From assembly GCA_964519895.1 (NCBI GenBank), contig CAZFLE010000005.1, forward strand, positions 16,417-80,416: 64,000 nucleotides of DNA. The letters run 5' to 3'. Each line of letters begins with the position of its first letter. Position 1 is the stretch's first letter. A program made the position numbers and the translations under genes. The notes beneath the pieces are model-generated. The model was not told where the DNA came from. It saw nothing but the letters and a program-made list of their open reading frames with translations, and did no database searches. Source of the stretch: an uncultured Enterobacterales bacterium. Its GTDB lineage: Bacteria > Myxococcota_A > UBA796 > CAJQPC01. Shown here piece by piece: positions 16,330-25,915 of the stretch.

Positions 16330-19300
16330 TCAGTCCGGGCAGCCCTCGACCACCCAGGTCTCAATGATCGCCAGGGTGGCCTTGTCCAGGAAGGGGCCAC
16401 CGCGAGGCATCTGCTGCCCGGCGCCGCCCACGTCGCCCTGGGTGTTGTTGAGCTTGTGCCAGATGTAGCTCTGGGAGGTGTCCCCGGGCTCGAAGAGGTC
16501 CATGGCCGGCACGTCGATGGAGGCCACGTTCACGTGGTCCACCGTGCCGTTGTCCATGTTGAAGCCACCGCTCGCCGCACCGCTCAGGTGGCAGCCGTCG
16601 CAGTTGGCGTCGAAGATCGGCTCGATGTCCGTGGCGTAGGTGTAGGTGTAGCTGTCCACGCCGTCGCAGTCCTGGTCGATGCCGTCGCCGTTGATCTCGG
16701 TGGCGCCCGGGTTGATGCCGGCGTCGCTGTCGTCGCAGTCGGTGTTGTCCGCCGACGTGTTCGACGGCTGGAGACAGGCCAGGGTGCCGGGGTCGGTGTC
16801 GTCGCCGTAGCTGTCGCCGTCGGCGTCGGCGTACCAGGTGGACCGACCGGTCACGCCGGCGTCTGCGTCGTCGATGTCGCCGTTGCAGTCGTTGTCCACG
16901 CCGTCGCAGATCTCGGTGGCGCCCGGGTTGATGGCGATGTCCCCGTCGTCGCAGTCGACGTCGGACGTGAAGCCGTCGCCGTCGGCGTCGGGCGGGCCGG
17001 CGTCGCAGTCGTCGTTGGCGCTGCCGGGGGTGCCGGAGTCGCCGCTGCCAAAGGTGCTCGTGGCCGCGCACCAGTTGGCGCCGTCGTCGTTCTCGGTGAC
17101 GTCGAGGTGGTCCCCGTCGAGGGAGATCGACGCACCCGCCGTGTTCGGGAATGTGGCTCCCCCGTCGTAGGCGACCTGATCGATGGTCAGGCTGCCGTTG
17201 TACAAGAAGACCTCGTCGGCGAAGTTGGCCAGCCGGTGGGTGCTGCCGTACTCGTGGTCGACCGTCACGCCGCCGTTGGCCGCGGCGTCGCCGTCGATTC
17301 CCAGCACCACGTACTCACCCGCCAACACGGGCACGGACCCAGAGACCTGGACCCACTCGCCCATCACGGCGACCGAGGTGTCGAAGATCTCCAGCCCGTC
17401 CAGCTCGATGGTCACCAGCGTGTTGTTGTAGATCTCGATCCACTCGCCGCGCAGGTCACCGACCGCCACCGGGTTGTGGTGGAGCTCGGTGATGATCAGG
17501 TCCCCTTCGATCAGATCCCCGACCGCCAGGTCCGAGCCGCCCCCGGTGCAGGCGTCGTTGGCGCTGCCCGGGGTGCCCAGGTCCCCGTCGCCGAAGGTGG
17601 AGGTCGCCGCGCACCAGTTGGCGCCGTCGTCGTTGCTCAGATCGTCGAGGGTGTCCGGGTTCAGGCTGAAGCTGGCGCCCGTCGGGTCCGGGAAGGTCAG
17701 GCCATTGTCCCAGGACACGCTGTCGATGATGGTGCTCCCCACCCCCAGGAACAGCTCGTCGGACGCATTGCCCAGGGTGTGCGCACCCCCATAGGTCTCG
17801 GCCAGGCTGACGCCCCCGTTGACGCCCAGGTCGCCGTAGCGCCCGAGCAGCACGTAGGCGCCGGGCTCGACCAGGACCCCGCCAGAGAGGGTGACCAGGT
17901 TGCCCTTGGTCGTGCTGTCGGTGTCGTAGAGCTCGAGTCCGTCCAGGTCCACGGTGCTGCCCGTGGCGTTGTAGAGCTCCATCCACTCGCCGGCGTTGTC
18001 CGGCACGGCGTCGGGGTCGACCATCAATTCCGTGATGACCAGATCGCCCGCCGTCAGGTCGTCGACGGACAGCGCACAGCTGTCGTTGGCCGCGCCCGGG
18101 GTGCCCAGGTCCCCGTCGCCGTAGCTCGACGTCGCCACGCACCAGTTGTTGCCGTCGTCGTTGTCGGTGGCGTTCAGGTGATCGGGATCCAGGATCATCG
18201 CCGCACCGCTCGGGTCCGGGAACGTGAAGCCGTTGTCCCAGGACACGGAGTCGATGACGTCGGTGCCGTTGTACAGGAAGGTCTCGTCGGCCGCATTACC
18301 CAGGGTGTGACCGGTGCCGTAGGCGTAGTCCAGGGTCACGCCACCGTTGGTGGCGACGTCGGCCCTGCGGCCCAGGACCGCATAGGCCCCCGCCGCGACG
18401 AGCACCTGTCCAGAGACCGTGATCTTGTCGGTCTGGGCGGCGACCGAGGTGTCGAAGACCTGGAGTCCGTCCAGGTCGACCACGCCAGCGGTGTTGTTGT
18501 AGATCTCGAACCACTCGCCGCGGTTGTCGGGCACCGCCGACGGCTCCTTCATGATCTCGGTGATGATCAGGTCACCGGCCACCAGATCCGCGACCGCCGT
18601 CCCGCCCCCGCCGCCACCGCAGCTGTCGTTGACCGCGCCCGGTGTGCCCAGGTCACCGGCGCCAAAGGACGAGGTCGCGTCACACCAGCTCGACCCGTCA
18701 TCGTTGCTGGTGGCGTCCTGGCTGGCCGAGGACAGGGAGATCGAAGTGCCGGCCGTGTCGGGCCAGGTGCTGCCGTTGTCGTAGGCGATGCTGTCCAGCA
18801 CGGTGGACCCGTCGGACAGGAAGATCTCGTCGGCGCCATTGCCCAGGGTGTGGGCGAAGCCGTAGGCGTAGTCCAAGGCGACGCCGCCATTGGCGCCGGT
18901 GTCCGAGTTGCGGCCCAGCACCGCCAGCCCGCCGTCGGCGACCACCACGCTGCTGCCCACCGTGACCAGGTTGCCCTGGGTGACCTCGTCGGTGTCGAAG
19001 ATCTGGAGACCCTGAAGGTCCACGTCGACCCCGGCGGCGTTGTAGATCTCGAACCACTCCCCCGCGCCAGCGCCCGAGGCCACGGGCTCTTTGAAGATCT
19101 CGTTGATCACCAGGTCCCCGACCGCCAGCTCGGTGACGGCAAAGGTCGAGCAGCTGTCGTTGGCCGCTCCCGGCGTGCCCAGGTCGCCGTCGCCGTACGC
19201 CGACCGCGAAACGCACCAGCTGGCGCCGTCGTCGTTGCTGGTGGCGTCCTGGCTGGCGCTGTCCAGGCTGATGCTGGCCCCCGTGGGATCGGGGAAGCTC

Positions 19301-19797
19301 AGGCCGTTGTCCCACGCGATGCTGTCGATCACGTCGGTCCCATTGGACAGGAAGAGCTCGTCGGAGGCGTTGCCGAGCACGTGGGCGACGCCGTAGGCGT
19401 AGTCGACGGGCGCCCCGCCGTTGGTGGACTGGTCGGTCTTGCGCCCGAGCACCACGTGGCTGCCGGCATCCACGATCAGGGTGCCTGAGACGGTGAAGCT
19501 GTTGCCCGGCGACGCCACGCTGGTGTCGAAGACCCGGAGTCCGTCCAGGTCTACGTTGAGGCCGCTCGCGTTGTAGATCTCGAACCACTCGCCGGCTCCG
19601 TTTGCAACGGCGCTGGTGTCGATCATGACCTCGTTGATCACCAGGTCGCCCACAGCGAGATCGGCCACGAAGAGCTCGGCCGGCCCGGTGTCCTTGGCCG
19701 AGGCCCAGAAGCCCCCCAGATCCGCGGAGTCCAGGGACAGGTCTTCAGAGCACCCGGCCAGCAGAGCGAGGAAGACGACGGGACGAATGCCCTTCAT
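16330..19797 (-). CDS. Lipoprotein (1,155 aa) with five lamin-tail-domain (LTD) repeats, two MopE-type metal-binding motifs and a C-terminal PSCyt1-like CxxCH domain
   Basis: ATG 19797 'MKGIRPVVFLALLAGC' (lipobox) has GGAG 7 nt upstream. The 610-aa N-terminal part of the track ORF is antisense to the 19939 gene. There are five repeats of 'GDL[VI]I[NT]E...GEWFEIYN...VDLDGL'. Also 'DADGDGFTSDVDCDDGDIAINPGATEICDGVDNDC' and a C-terminal 'IEPIFDANCDGCH...QMPRGGP...IETWV'. Confidence 0.8.
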   Translation of the reverse strand: MKGIRPVVFLALLAGCSEDLSLDSADLGGFWASAKDTGPAELFVADLAVGDLVINEVMIDTSAVANGAGEWFEIYNASGLNVDLDGLRVFDTSVASPGNSFTVSGTLIVDAGSHVVLGRKTDQSTNGGAPVDYAYGVAHVLGNASDELFLSNGTDVIDSIAWDNGLSFPDPTGASISLDSASQDATSNDDGASWCVSRSAYGDGDLGTPGAANDSCSTFAVTELAVGDLVINEIFKEPVASGAGAGEWFEIYNAAGVDVDLQGLQIFDTDEVTQGNLVTVGSSVVVADGGLAVLGRNSDTGANGGVALDYAYGFAHTLGNGADEIFLSDGSTVLDSIAYDNGSTWPDTAGTSISLSSASQDATSNDDGSSWCDATSSFGAGDLGTPGAVNDSCGGGGGGTAVADLVAGDLIITEIMKEPSAVPDNRGEWFEIYNNTAGVVDLDGLQVFDTSVAAQTDKITVSGQVLVAAGAYAVLGRRADVATNGGVTLDYAYGTGHTLGNAADETFLYNGTDVIDSVSWDNGFTFPDPSGAAMILDPDHLNATDNDDGNNWCVATSSYGDGDLGTPGAANDSCALSVDDLTAGDLVITELMVDPDAVPDNAGEWMELYNATGSTVDLDGLELYDTDSTTKGNLVTLSGGVLVEPGAYVLLGRYGDLGVNGGVSLAETYGGAHTLGNASDELFLGVGSTIIDSVSWDNGLTFPDPTGASFSLNPDTLDDLSNDDGANWCAATSTFGDGDLGTPGSANDACTGGGSDLAVGDLIEGDLIITELHHNPVAVGDLRGEWIEIYNNTLVTIELDGLEIFDTSVAVMGEWVQVSGSVPVLAGEYVVLGIDGDAAANGGVTVDHEYGSTHRLANFADEVFLYNGSLTIDQVAYDGGATFPNTAGASISLDGDHLDVTENDDGANWCAATSTFGSGDSGTPGSANDDCDAGPPDADGDGFTSDVDCDDGDIAINPGATEICDGVDNDCNGDIDDADAGVTGRSTWYADADGDSYGDDTDPGTLACLQPSNTSADNTDCDDSDAGINPGATEINGDGIDQDCDGVDSYTYTYATDIEPIFDANCDGCHLSGAASGGFNMDNGTVDHVNVASIDVPAMDLFEPGDTSQSYIWHKLNNTQGDVGGAGQQMPRGGPFLDKATLAIIETWVVEGCPD
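17010..19671 (-). repeat. Five tandem ~531-bp coding repeats (LTD units of ~177 aa)
   Basis: Each unit starts near '..L.VGDL[VI]I.E' and ends 'GDLGTPG[AS][AV]ND[SAD]C'. The repeats are diverged at the DNA level but collinear. Confidence 0.75.
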
Positions 19798-19938
19798 GGC
19801 GGGCTCCGTGGAAGAGGAAGGCGGAAGGTCAGGCGAGTGTCGCACCGGACCTCGATCCTTCACAACCGAGGTGCCGCCCCCGGGTGGCTTGACAGGGAAG
19901 AGGTCGGGTCCTACCCACCCCTCCAAGCTGGAGATGCG

Positions 19939-21843
19939 ATGACAGCGGCTGTCCTGGGTCTGGCTGCGATCTTTGTCACCGGGTGTGGATCCCCAGCGGC
20001 AGCGGGCGGCGGACCGGACGCGTCGACCCTGGTGATCGCCCGCGACACGGTGCCGCTCACCAATGCCTCCTTGCTGGCCGACGACGGCACCCAGAAGGGC
20101 CCTGGCGATCGCATCGCCGGCAACGGCGTGCCCGACGGCTGGCTCGTGCGCATGAACGCCGGCGCGGTTCGGTTCGCTCCCGCCGCGACGCCTGACGGCC
20201 AGGGCGTGCGGCTCTCCTACGACAAGGGCGCCAAGGGCAGCCTGGTCGGCTCGGCGGTTCCGGTGAAGCCCGGCGAGACCTACGAGCTGCGGGTCAAGCT
20301 CGACGCGGGCGGGGTGGAGCACCCCGGCTCGATCGGGCTGGCCTTCAAGGGCGCTGGCGGCCTGCTCGACACCGAGACCCACCGCCTGCGCACCGAGACC
20401 CCGGGGTGGTCCGAGATCGCAGTGCGCGGCACGGCCCCCGAAGGCGCACAGCAGCTGATCGTGCGGGCCGTGTTCACCGGCGCCAAGGCCGCGGGCAGCG
20501 TGGTCATGGGTCCGGTGGTCCTGGAGCGCTCCACAGCGACCAGCCGCAGCAAGACCTTTCCGCTCCAGCGCATCCTGCTCGTCACGATCGAGACCTTTCG
20601 CTGGGACCACGCCAGCCTGTACGGGTATGGCCGGGACACCACACCGACCCTGGAGCGGCTGGCTCGTGAAGGCGCCGCCTTCGACCAGCACTATGTCCAG
20701 GCCCCCTACACGCGCCCGAGCCTGAGCTCGATGGTCACGTCGCGGTACCCGGTGTCGCTGGGCATCACCGACAACGTGCCGCCGCTGCCGGACAGCGCCT
20801 ACACCGCCGCCGAGATCTTCGCCGACCGCGGCTACGTGACATCGGGCTTCCTGGCCCAATTCATCCTGGGCCAGCACTACGGCTTCACCCAGGGCTTCCA
20901 CTACTTCTTCAACCACAAGAACGACACCGTCACCGAGACCGTGACCCGGGACCTCTACCCCTGGCTGGAGCGGCACCGGGCGGACAACACCTTCACCTGG
21001 ATGCACCTGTTCGATCCCCACGGTCCCTACCGTCCGACCTCGGACTACGCCGGCCGCTACCGGGACGACGCGCTGTACCGGAGCGACACCGAGACGCTGA
21101 CGACGGGCACGGGCAAGGCCACCGGGCCCTTCATCCCCGGCTACGTGGCCGACCCCGGTGCCCTCGAGCGGCGGCACTACGTGTCCAACTACGACGCCGA
21201 GATCCGCTATGTCGACGACCAGCTCGCCAAGCTGGTCGCCTGGCTCGAACAGACCGACCAGGCCAAGCACACCCTGCTGGTCGTCACGGCCGACCACGGG
21301 GAGTCCATGACGGACCACGGGCGCTACTTTGCCCACGGCTCGCTCTACGAGCACGACCTGCACGTGCCGATGCTCATCTGGGCCCCGGGTCGGATCGCCC
21401 CGGGAACCCGAGTCGCGGCCCGGTCCAGCCACCTGGACATCGTGCCGACCCTGTTGGACTACGCCGGAGCCGACCAGCCCCCGGGCCTCAAGGGCCACAG
21501 CCTGCGGGGCCTGATCGACGGGGCGACCCAAGCCCCGGAGCCCTTCACCATCGCTGTGACGGGCGCCGGCGCCCGGGAACAGGTCGCCGTGATGAGCGAC
21601 TCCGATCTGAAGCTCATCGTCGACCACCAGGGCCAGCCGGTCGAGGTCTATGCGCGCGCCAAGGACCCGGACGAGACCCGCAACCTGGTGAGCAGCCGGG
21701 GAGACGAAGCCCGCAAGCTGGCCACGGCGTACCGAGGATGGCTGGCGGATCAGCTCGCAGACGACGCGCGCACCACCACCGAGGACCGGGATCTCAGCGA
21801 CGACGAGATCGAGGCGCTGCGGGCGCTGGGCTACATCGAGTGA
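19939..21843 (+). CDS. Sulfatase-fold (alkaline-phosphatase superfamily) lipoprotein, paralog 1 (634 aa), with a CBM4_9-like N-domain and Thr in place of the FGly Cys
   Basis: ATG 19939 'MTAAVLGLAAIFVTGC' has GGAG 5 nt upstream. 'VPDGW...' marks a CBM-like domain. 'LLVTIETFRWDH', 'APYTRPSLSSMVTSRYP' (T-x-P-S instead of C-x-P-x-R) and 'VVTADHGES'. C-terminal 'EIEALRALGYIE'. Confidence 0.75.
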   Translation: MTAAVLGLAAIFVTGCGSPAAAGGGPDASTLVIARDTVPLTNASLLADDGTQKGPGDRIAGNGVPDGWLVRMNAGAVRFAPAATPDGQGVRLSYDKGAKGSLVGSAVPVKPGETYELRVKLDAGGVEHPGSIGLAFKGAGGLLDTETHRLRTETPGWSEIAVRGTAPEGAQQLIVRAVFTGAKAAGSVVMGPVVLERSTATSRSKTFPLQRILLVTIETFRWDHASLYGYGRDTTPTLERLAREGAAFDQHYVQAPYTRPSLSSMVTSRYPVSLGITDNVPPLPDSAYTAAEIFADRGYVTSGFLAQFILGQHYGFTQGFHYFFNHKNDTVTETVTRDLYPWLERHRADNTFTWMHLFDPHGPYRPTSDYAGRYRDDALYRSDTETLTTGTGKATGPFIPGYVADPGALERRHYVSNYDAEIRYVDDQLAKLVAWLEQTDQAKHTLLVVTADHGESMTDHGRYFAHGSLYEHDLHVPMLIWAPGRIAPGTRVAARSSHLDIVPTLLDYAGADQPPGLKGHSLRGLIDGATQAPEPFTIAVTGAGAREQVAVMSDSDLKLIVDHQGQPVEVYARAKDPDETRNLVSSRGDEARKLATAYRGWLADQLADDARTTTEDRDLSDDEIEALRALGYIE

Positions 21844-23660
21844 GACTTCGGGTTCGGCGCCTGGCGGCCCTCGCCGGCGTGGTCCTGGCCCTGACCCAGC
21901 TGGCGGCCGACACCCCCGGTGCGAGCGTGCGCAGCTGGCAGCTGGAGCTCTTCAACGAGACGCTGCTGCTCGACAACGGCACGTCCTTTGGCTTCGGCAA
22001 CGAGCGGGCGCGGGACCGGATCCCCGACGGCTGGTGGACCGTGCCGACCCAAGGGGGCGTCCTGGCCCGCTCGGCCGAAGCCGAAGACGGCGGCGTCGCG
22101 GTGCGCCTGGTCGCCCCGGCCGGGGTGGACTCCAAGCTCTACAGCGCCCGGATCCCGGTCCGGGCGGGCCGGGCCGTGACGCTGTCGACCCGGGTGCGGG
22201 CCCGCCCGGGGCTGCAACATGGCGGCACGCTGTCCCTGCGCTTCATCGGAGACAAGGGGCACCTGGGCACGCTCAAGCGCCGGGTCCCCCTGACCGAAGG
22301 CGGCTGGCAAGACCTGAGCTTGACGGCCAACGCCCCCCACGGGGCGGGTGCCGTCGTGCTGGAGTGGTCGTTCTTCCATGACGGGGGCGGCCCGGGGGGC
22401 TGGATCGAGCTGGAGCCCCTGCGGCTGACCGCGTCGCGGGTCGAGACCGACCCCACGGCACCCGCCCTGCGGCGAATCCTGCTGGTGACCCTGGGGTCGA
22501 CCCGGGCCGACCACGCGGACGGCTACGGCCGAGACACGACAGCGGTGCTGGACCGGCTCGCCGCCGAGGGCACCCTGTTCACGAACCACCGCAGCGTGCA
22601 CGCCCGGACCGTGCCGAGCCTGGCTGCCTTGTGGACCGGGTGGCTGCCCGCCCAGACCGACCTGGACCTGTGGGGGGCCCAGGCGCCCGCGACGGCTGCC
22701 ACACGCCTGGCCGGGGCCGGGTACGCCACCGGTGCCTTCCTGGCCCACAACCGGCTGGGCGCCACCCGCGGCTTCACCCGCGGGGTGCACCACCCCTGGC
22801 AGCTCGACAGCCGGGCCACCGCTTCCCAGGTCAACGCGGTCGGCTTGCCCTGGTTGGCGTCCCACGCCGACCAGGCCGTGTTCCTGTGGGCCCACTACAA
22901 CGATGGGGAGCGGCCCTTCACGCCCCCCGCACCCTATGACACTCGGTTCACCGACGACGCCCTGTGGCGCAAGGACACGCTGCAGCTCCGCCGCGGGTCC
23001 GAGGTCCACGAAGGCCGGCCCCTGATCCCCGAGCCGGTCTACGAACCCGGCCGCCTGGCTCGCCGCCACTACGTGGCCCGCTACGACGGCGAGCTGGCGT
23101 CCGCCGACCACGCCCTGGGGTCGCTGGTGACGCTGCTCGAAGAACTGGCCCTGGCCCAGGACACCCTGGTGGTGGTCACCGCCGACCACGGGATCTCGCT
23201 GACGGAGCACGGCAGGTACTTCTCGACCGGCTCGGTCTACGACCACGACCTGCGGGTGCCCCTGGTCCTCTGGAGCCCCGGGCGGGTACCCGCCGGCCAG
23301 CGGATCGATGTGGCCACCGATCACCAGGACGTCCTGCCCACGCTGTTGGACTTCGCGGGGCTGCCAGGAGGGGACCTGCCTGGCCGGAGCCTGCGGCCGC
23401 TGCTCGATGGACCCGAAGGCGCCGCGGCCTGGTCCCCCCGCGTCCACGTCGCCACCACCGGCACAGGCGAACACACCCGCCATGCCGTCTGGGGCACGGG
23501 GTCCTGGAAGGTCGTCACCGACGCCGGGTGGAAGCCACTGGCGCTCTACGACCTGGACACCGACCCCGGGGAGCTCAGAGACGTGCTCTGGCGGCGACCG
23601 GGTGTCGCTCGGACGCTGGCGGACCAGGGCGCCCCCGCGCTGGAGAGCCGCCTGCGCTGA
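21840..23660 (+). CDS. Sulfatase-fold secreted protein, paralog 2 (606 aa), with a CBM-like N-domain and a degenerate metal site
   Basis: GTG 21840 overlaps the upstream TGA (GTGA). The N-terminus 'VRLRVRRLAALAGVVLALTQLAA' is signal-like. 'IPDGWW', 'LLVTLGSTRADH' (acidic ligand replaced by Gly-Ser), 'HARTVPSLAALWTG' and 'VVTADHGIS'. Confidence 0.7.
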   Translation: MRLRVRRLAALAGVVLALTQLAADTPGASVRSWQLELFNETLLLDNGTSFGFGNERARDRIPDGWWTVPTQGGVLARSAEAEDGGVAVRLVAPAGVDSKLYSARIPVRAGRAVTLSTRVRARPGLQHGGTLSLRFIGDKGHLGTLKRRVPLTEGGWQDLSLTANAPHGAGAVVLEWSFFHDGGGPGGWIELEPLRLTASRVETDPTAPALRRILLVTLGSTRADHADGYGRDTTAVLDRLAAEGTLFTNHRSVHARTVPSLAALWTGWLPAQTDLDLWGAQAPATAATRLAGAGYATGAFLAHNRLGATRGFTRGVHHPWQLDSRATASQVNAVGLPWLASHADQAVFLWAHYNDGERPFTPPAPYDTRFTDDALWRKDTLQLRRGSEVHEGRPLIPEPVYEPGRLARRHYVARYDGELASADHALGSLVTLLEELALAQDTLVVVTADHGISLTEHGRYFSTGSVYDHDLRVPLVLWSPGRVPAGQRIDVATDHQDVLPTLLDFAGLPGGDLPGRSLRPLLDGPEGAAAWSPRVHVATTGTGEHTRHAVWGTGSWKVVTDAGWKPLALYDLDTDPGELRDVLWRRPGVARTLADQGAPALESRLR

Positions 23661-23666
23661 ACCGGC

Positions 23667-25790
23667 TCAGCGGGCGTCGACCAGCCGAACCTGGTCGAGC
23701 CAGGCCTGGGACCCCTGGCCCCCCAGGCCGATGCACAGGCGGGCGGCCGCCGCCCCCGGCGGGGCCTTGACCCGCTGATCCAGGGCCAGCCAGTCGTGCT
23801 CGCCCCAACGGGTCATCACGTTCTGCAGCCCTCGCTCGGCCGCCGTGTTGCCGCGCACCAGCGCACCGTCGACGTCGAAGAAGCGCACCTGGACCCGGAA
23901 ACCATCGGCGTCCTTGGGCACCGCGCTCCAGCGAACCCTGCCTCCCAGGGTGACCCGGCTGCTGGCCGACGTGGAGGCCCGCTGGCAGACCAGCAGGTTC
24001 TCGTGGGGATCGCTCGCGTCCAGCCGCAGCACGCCGCCGCCCTCGTCGGCCAGGGACCTCTTGAGCCGGGGCTGGGCGACCACCCAGTCCCGGCGGGTGA
24101 CGATCGGGACCTGGGGCTTGGCGCGGTCGGCCGAGGTCCCGGGGTCATCGGCCTGGGCCCCGGGCAGCTCGGCCAGCCCGGGGGGCAGCGTGTACAGACC
24201 GATCCCGGGGTTCTGCGCGAACAGGTCGAGCTTCCAGCCCCCACCCCCGAATTTCACCAGGGGCTTCTGGGAAGCGAACCACGCCCTGGCGGTCGCGATC
24301 GAGGCGGGGTCCGGCCGGGACTTGCCGGCGGGCAGGCCGAAGCTGATCTGGGGGCCCCCGACCACGTGGGTCGCCCCGGCCCGAACCCAGTCCCCCGGCT
24401 CGGCGTCCAACAAGGACACGTCGACCGTGTCGAGGCCAGCCAGGTCCGGCGCATACAGCCGCAGCTCGCGCGGCACCGCCAGGACCATGCCAGCGGGCCC
24501 CTCGGTCTGGAGGTGATCGGTGAGCAGCACCCGGCTGTCCCGGTCGGCTGCGCGGGCCTGGCCTGCCGACAGCGTCGCTCGACCCGGCAGGGCCACCAGC
24601 ACCAGCCCGATGGGCCACGCCGACCGCAACCGCGGCTGCCAACGGGTGAGCGCCCCCCAGCTCAAGGCGGCCCCGGCACCGGCGAGGACCGCGAGCCCAG
24701 GCAGCACCACCGTCAGGTTGCGCACGTAGTGGACCTTCATGCCGCTCAGGGCGAACAGCACCGCGGCCGGCCCGGCCACGGCCAGGGCCGTGGCGCGCCA
24801 GTCCTTGCGGAGTCCGAGCCCCACGCCCACCAGCACCAGCACCCACCACCAGGGCAGCGAGGTCTCGACCAGGTAGGTCAGGTCGGTCTGGAGATGGTCC
24901 CAGCCGGCGAGCCTCTCGAAGCTGGCGCGCTTCTCGCCGCGCACCGCGTAGTGGTGGGCCTCGTAGAGCACGTCCTGGACCACGGTGCCCAGGTCCAGGA
25001 TGGCGTAGGGCATGGTCAGGGCCAACACCCCGAAGCCCAGCGGCGGCACGGCCAGGGCCCACCACAGGCGCGTGTTCCGGTGGTGCTCCGCCAGGACCCA
25101 CGCCACGAGCGGCACCGCCAGCACGAAGACGGCGTTGTACTTGAACGAGATGGTCAGCCCGAACGCCAGCCCGGCGAAGACGTAGTGCCTGCGTGCGCCC
25201 TCCTTGAGCAGGAAGGCCGACGCGAGCAGCAGCAGGGCCACCGCGCCGCTCGCCGGCACGTCGACGGTGATGTACTGCGAGTGCACGACGTGGTCGGGCG
25301 CCAGCGCGACGATGAGCCCGGCGAGCACACCGGCCGGCTCGCCGAAGAGCCGCCGGCCGGCCAGGTAGGACACCCCGGCCGTCAAGCCCCCGAACACCGC
25401 CGTCAGGCGGCGGGCGGAGTGCCAGATCTCAGACGAGCCGATCGTGTGGTGCAGCCCGGTGTCGAAGCCCGTGACGACGCCCTCCAGGGCCTTGGCCCCC
25501 TGGGGCTCGAGCAGGTCGAGCACCCCCAGGAAGCTGGTGGCGGTGTGCAGATAGATGACGAGCGACGGGTAGTGGAACCACCCGGGGTTCAAGTCCCCCG
25601 TCTGCAGGATCCGGATGGCCCGGGACATGATGGCGGGTTCGTCGGGGTGCCAGGGGTAGGGCAGGCCGAAGTCCAGCCCCACCAGGCGGAGCAGCGTGGC
25701 GCCGACCACCAGGCCGAGGAACGTCCAGAACACCCGCGGCGGGAGCCAGCTCTCGGCACCCGCGGGCTGGGTGTGCCCTCCCTCGTCCAT
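23667..25790 (-). CDS. GT-C fold glycosyltransferase (GT39 / PMT_2 / ArnT-like, 707 aa) with a C-terminal CBM-like domain
   Basis: ATG 25790 'MDEGGHTQ..' follows GGAGGCGGAG. There are about 10 hydrophobic helices and a first-loop 'PYPWHPDEPAIMSRAIRILQTGDLNPGWFHYPSL' (the DE motif of PMT_2/ArnT-type enzymes). The soluble C-terminal ~200 aa include 'FRVQVRFFD..AWLDQVRLVD'. Confidence 0.7.
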   Translation of the reverse strand: MDEGGHTQPAGAESWLPPRVFWTFLGLVVGATLLRLVGLDFGLPYPWHPDEPAIMSRAIRILQTGDLNPGWFHYPSLVIYLHTATSFLGVLDLLEPQGAKALEGVVTGFDTGLHHTIGSSEIWHSARRLTAVFGGLTAGVSYLAGRRLFGEPAGVLAGLIVALAPDHVVHSQYITVDVPASGAVALLLLASAFLLKEGARRHYVFAGLAFGLTISFKYNAVFVLAVPLVAWVLAEHHRNTRLWWALAVPPLGFGVLALTMPYAILDLGTVVQDVLYEAHHYAVRGEKRASFERLAGWDHLQTDLTYLVETSLPWWWVLVLVGVGLGLRKDWRATALAVAGPAAVLFALSGMKVHYVRNLTVVLPGLAVLAGAGAALSWGALTRWQPRLRSAWPIGLVLVALPGRATLSAGQARAADRDSRVLLTDHLQTEGPAGMVLAVPRELRLYAPDLAGLDTVDVSLLDAEPGDWVRAGATHVVGGPQISFGLPAGKSRPDPASIATARAWFASQKPLVKFGGGGWKLDLFAQNPGIGLYTLPPGLAELPGAQADDPGTSADRAKPQVPIVTRRDWVVAQPRLKRSLADEGGGVLRLDASDPHENLLVCQRASTSASSRVTLGGRVRWSAVPKDADGFRVQVRFFDVDGALVRGNTAAERGLQNVMTRWGEHDWLALDQRVKAPPGAAAARLCIGLGGQGSQAWLDQVRLVDAR

Positions 25791-25830
25791 CTCCGCCTCC
25801 CTGCGGGCCAGCCCCCCTCGCATACACGGT

Positions 25831-25847
25831 TTGGCACACCCTGCCAA
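25831..25847. promoter_or_regulatory. Palindrome TTGGCA-N5-TGCCAA in the divergent promoter region
   Basis: Perfect 6-bp arms, centred in the 125-bp spacer between the GT-C gene start (25790, minus) and the paralog-3 start (25916, plus). Confidence 0.3.
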
Positions 25848-25885
25848 GCTTCGGCGGGCCGATCCGCCGGCTCTCCAGAATCGAA

Positions 25886-25893
25886 TAGAGTCC
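25886..25893 (+). promoter_or_regulatory. TAGAGTCC motif (candidate -10-like element) upstream of the 25916 gene
   Basis: The same octamer recurs at 44330-44337 (plus) and 56316-56309 (minus), each 22-31 nt upstream of a lipoprotein start codon. It is flanked here by direct GAATCG repeats. Confidence 0.3.
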
Positions 25894-25915
25894 TCCGAAT
25901 CGTGCCCACCTGGTC

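Noticed and set aside
16456-19488. 1,010-aa plus-strand ORF opposite the LTD gene; likewise 23796..25919, 28161..31025, 34014..36029, 35158..37443, 39347..42469, 42460..44016, 44300..46051, 46647..48782, 52303..54903 and 59201..60826
   Set aside because: All are antisense shadows of genes with clear domain signatures, with low-complexity Arg/Gly/Val/Asp/His composition.
17010-19671. Repeat array considered as a CRISPR or non-coding tandem repeat
   Set aside because: The units are about 531 bp, in frame and encode LTD domains. There is no short repeat-spacer periodicity anywhere in the window.
19798-21627. 610-aa N-terminal extension of track ORF 16330..21627
   Set aside because: It is antisense to the well-supported sulfatase-fold gene 19939..21843 and the sequence is non-protein-like. 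The real start is ATG 19797, with a lipoprotein signal and an upstream GGAG.
25832-25845. Possible sigma-54 promoter (TGGCAC....TGC)
   Set aside because: The spacing between the GG and GC dinucleotides is 8 nt rather than the required 10 nt. I kept it only as a generic palindrome.
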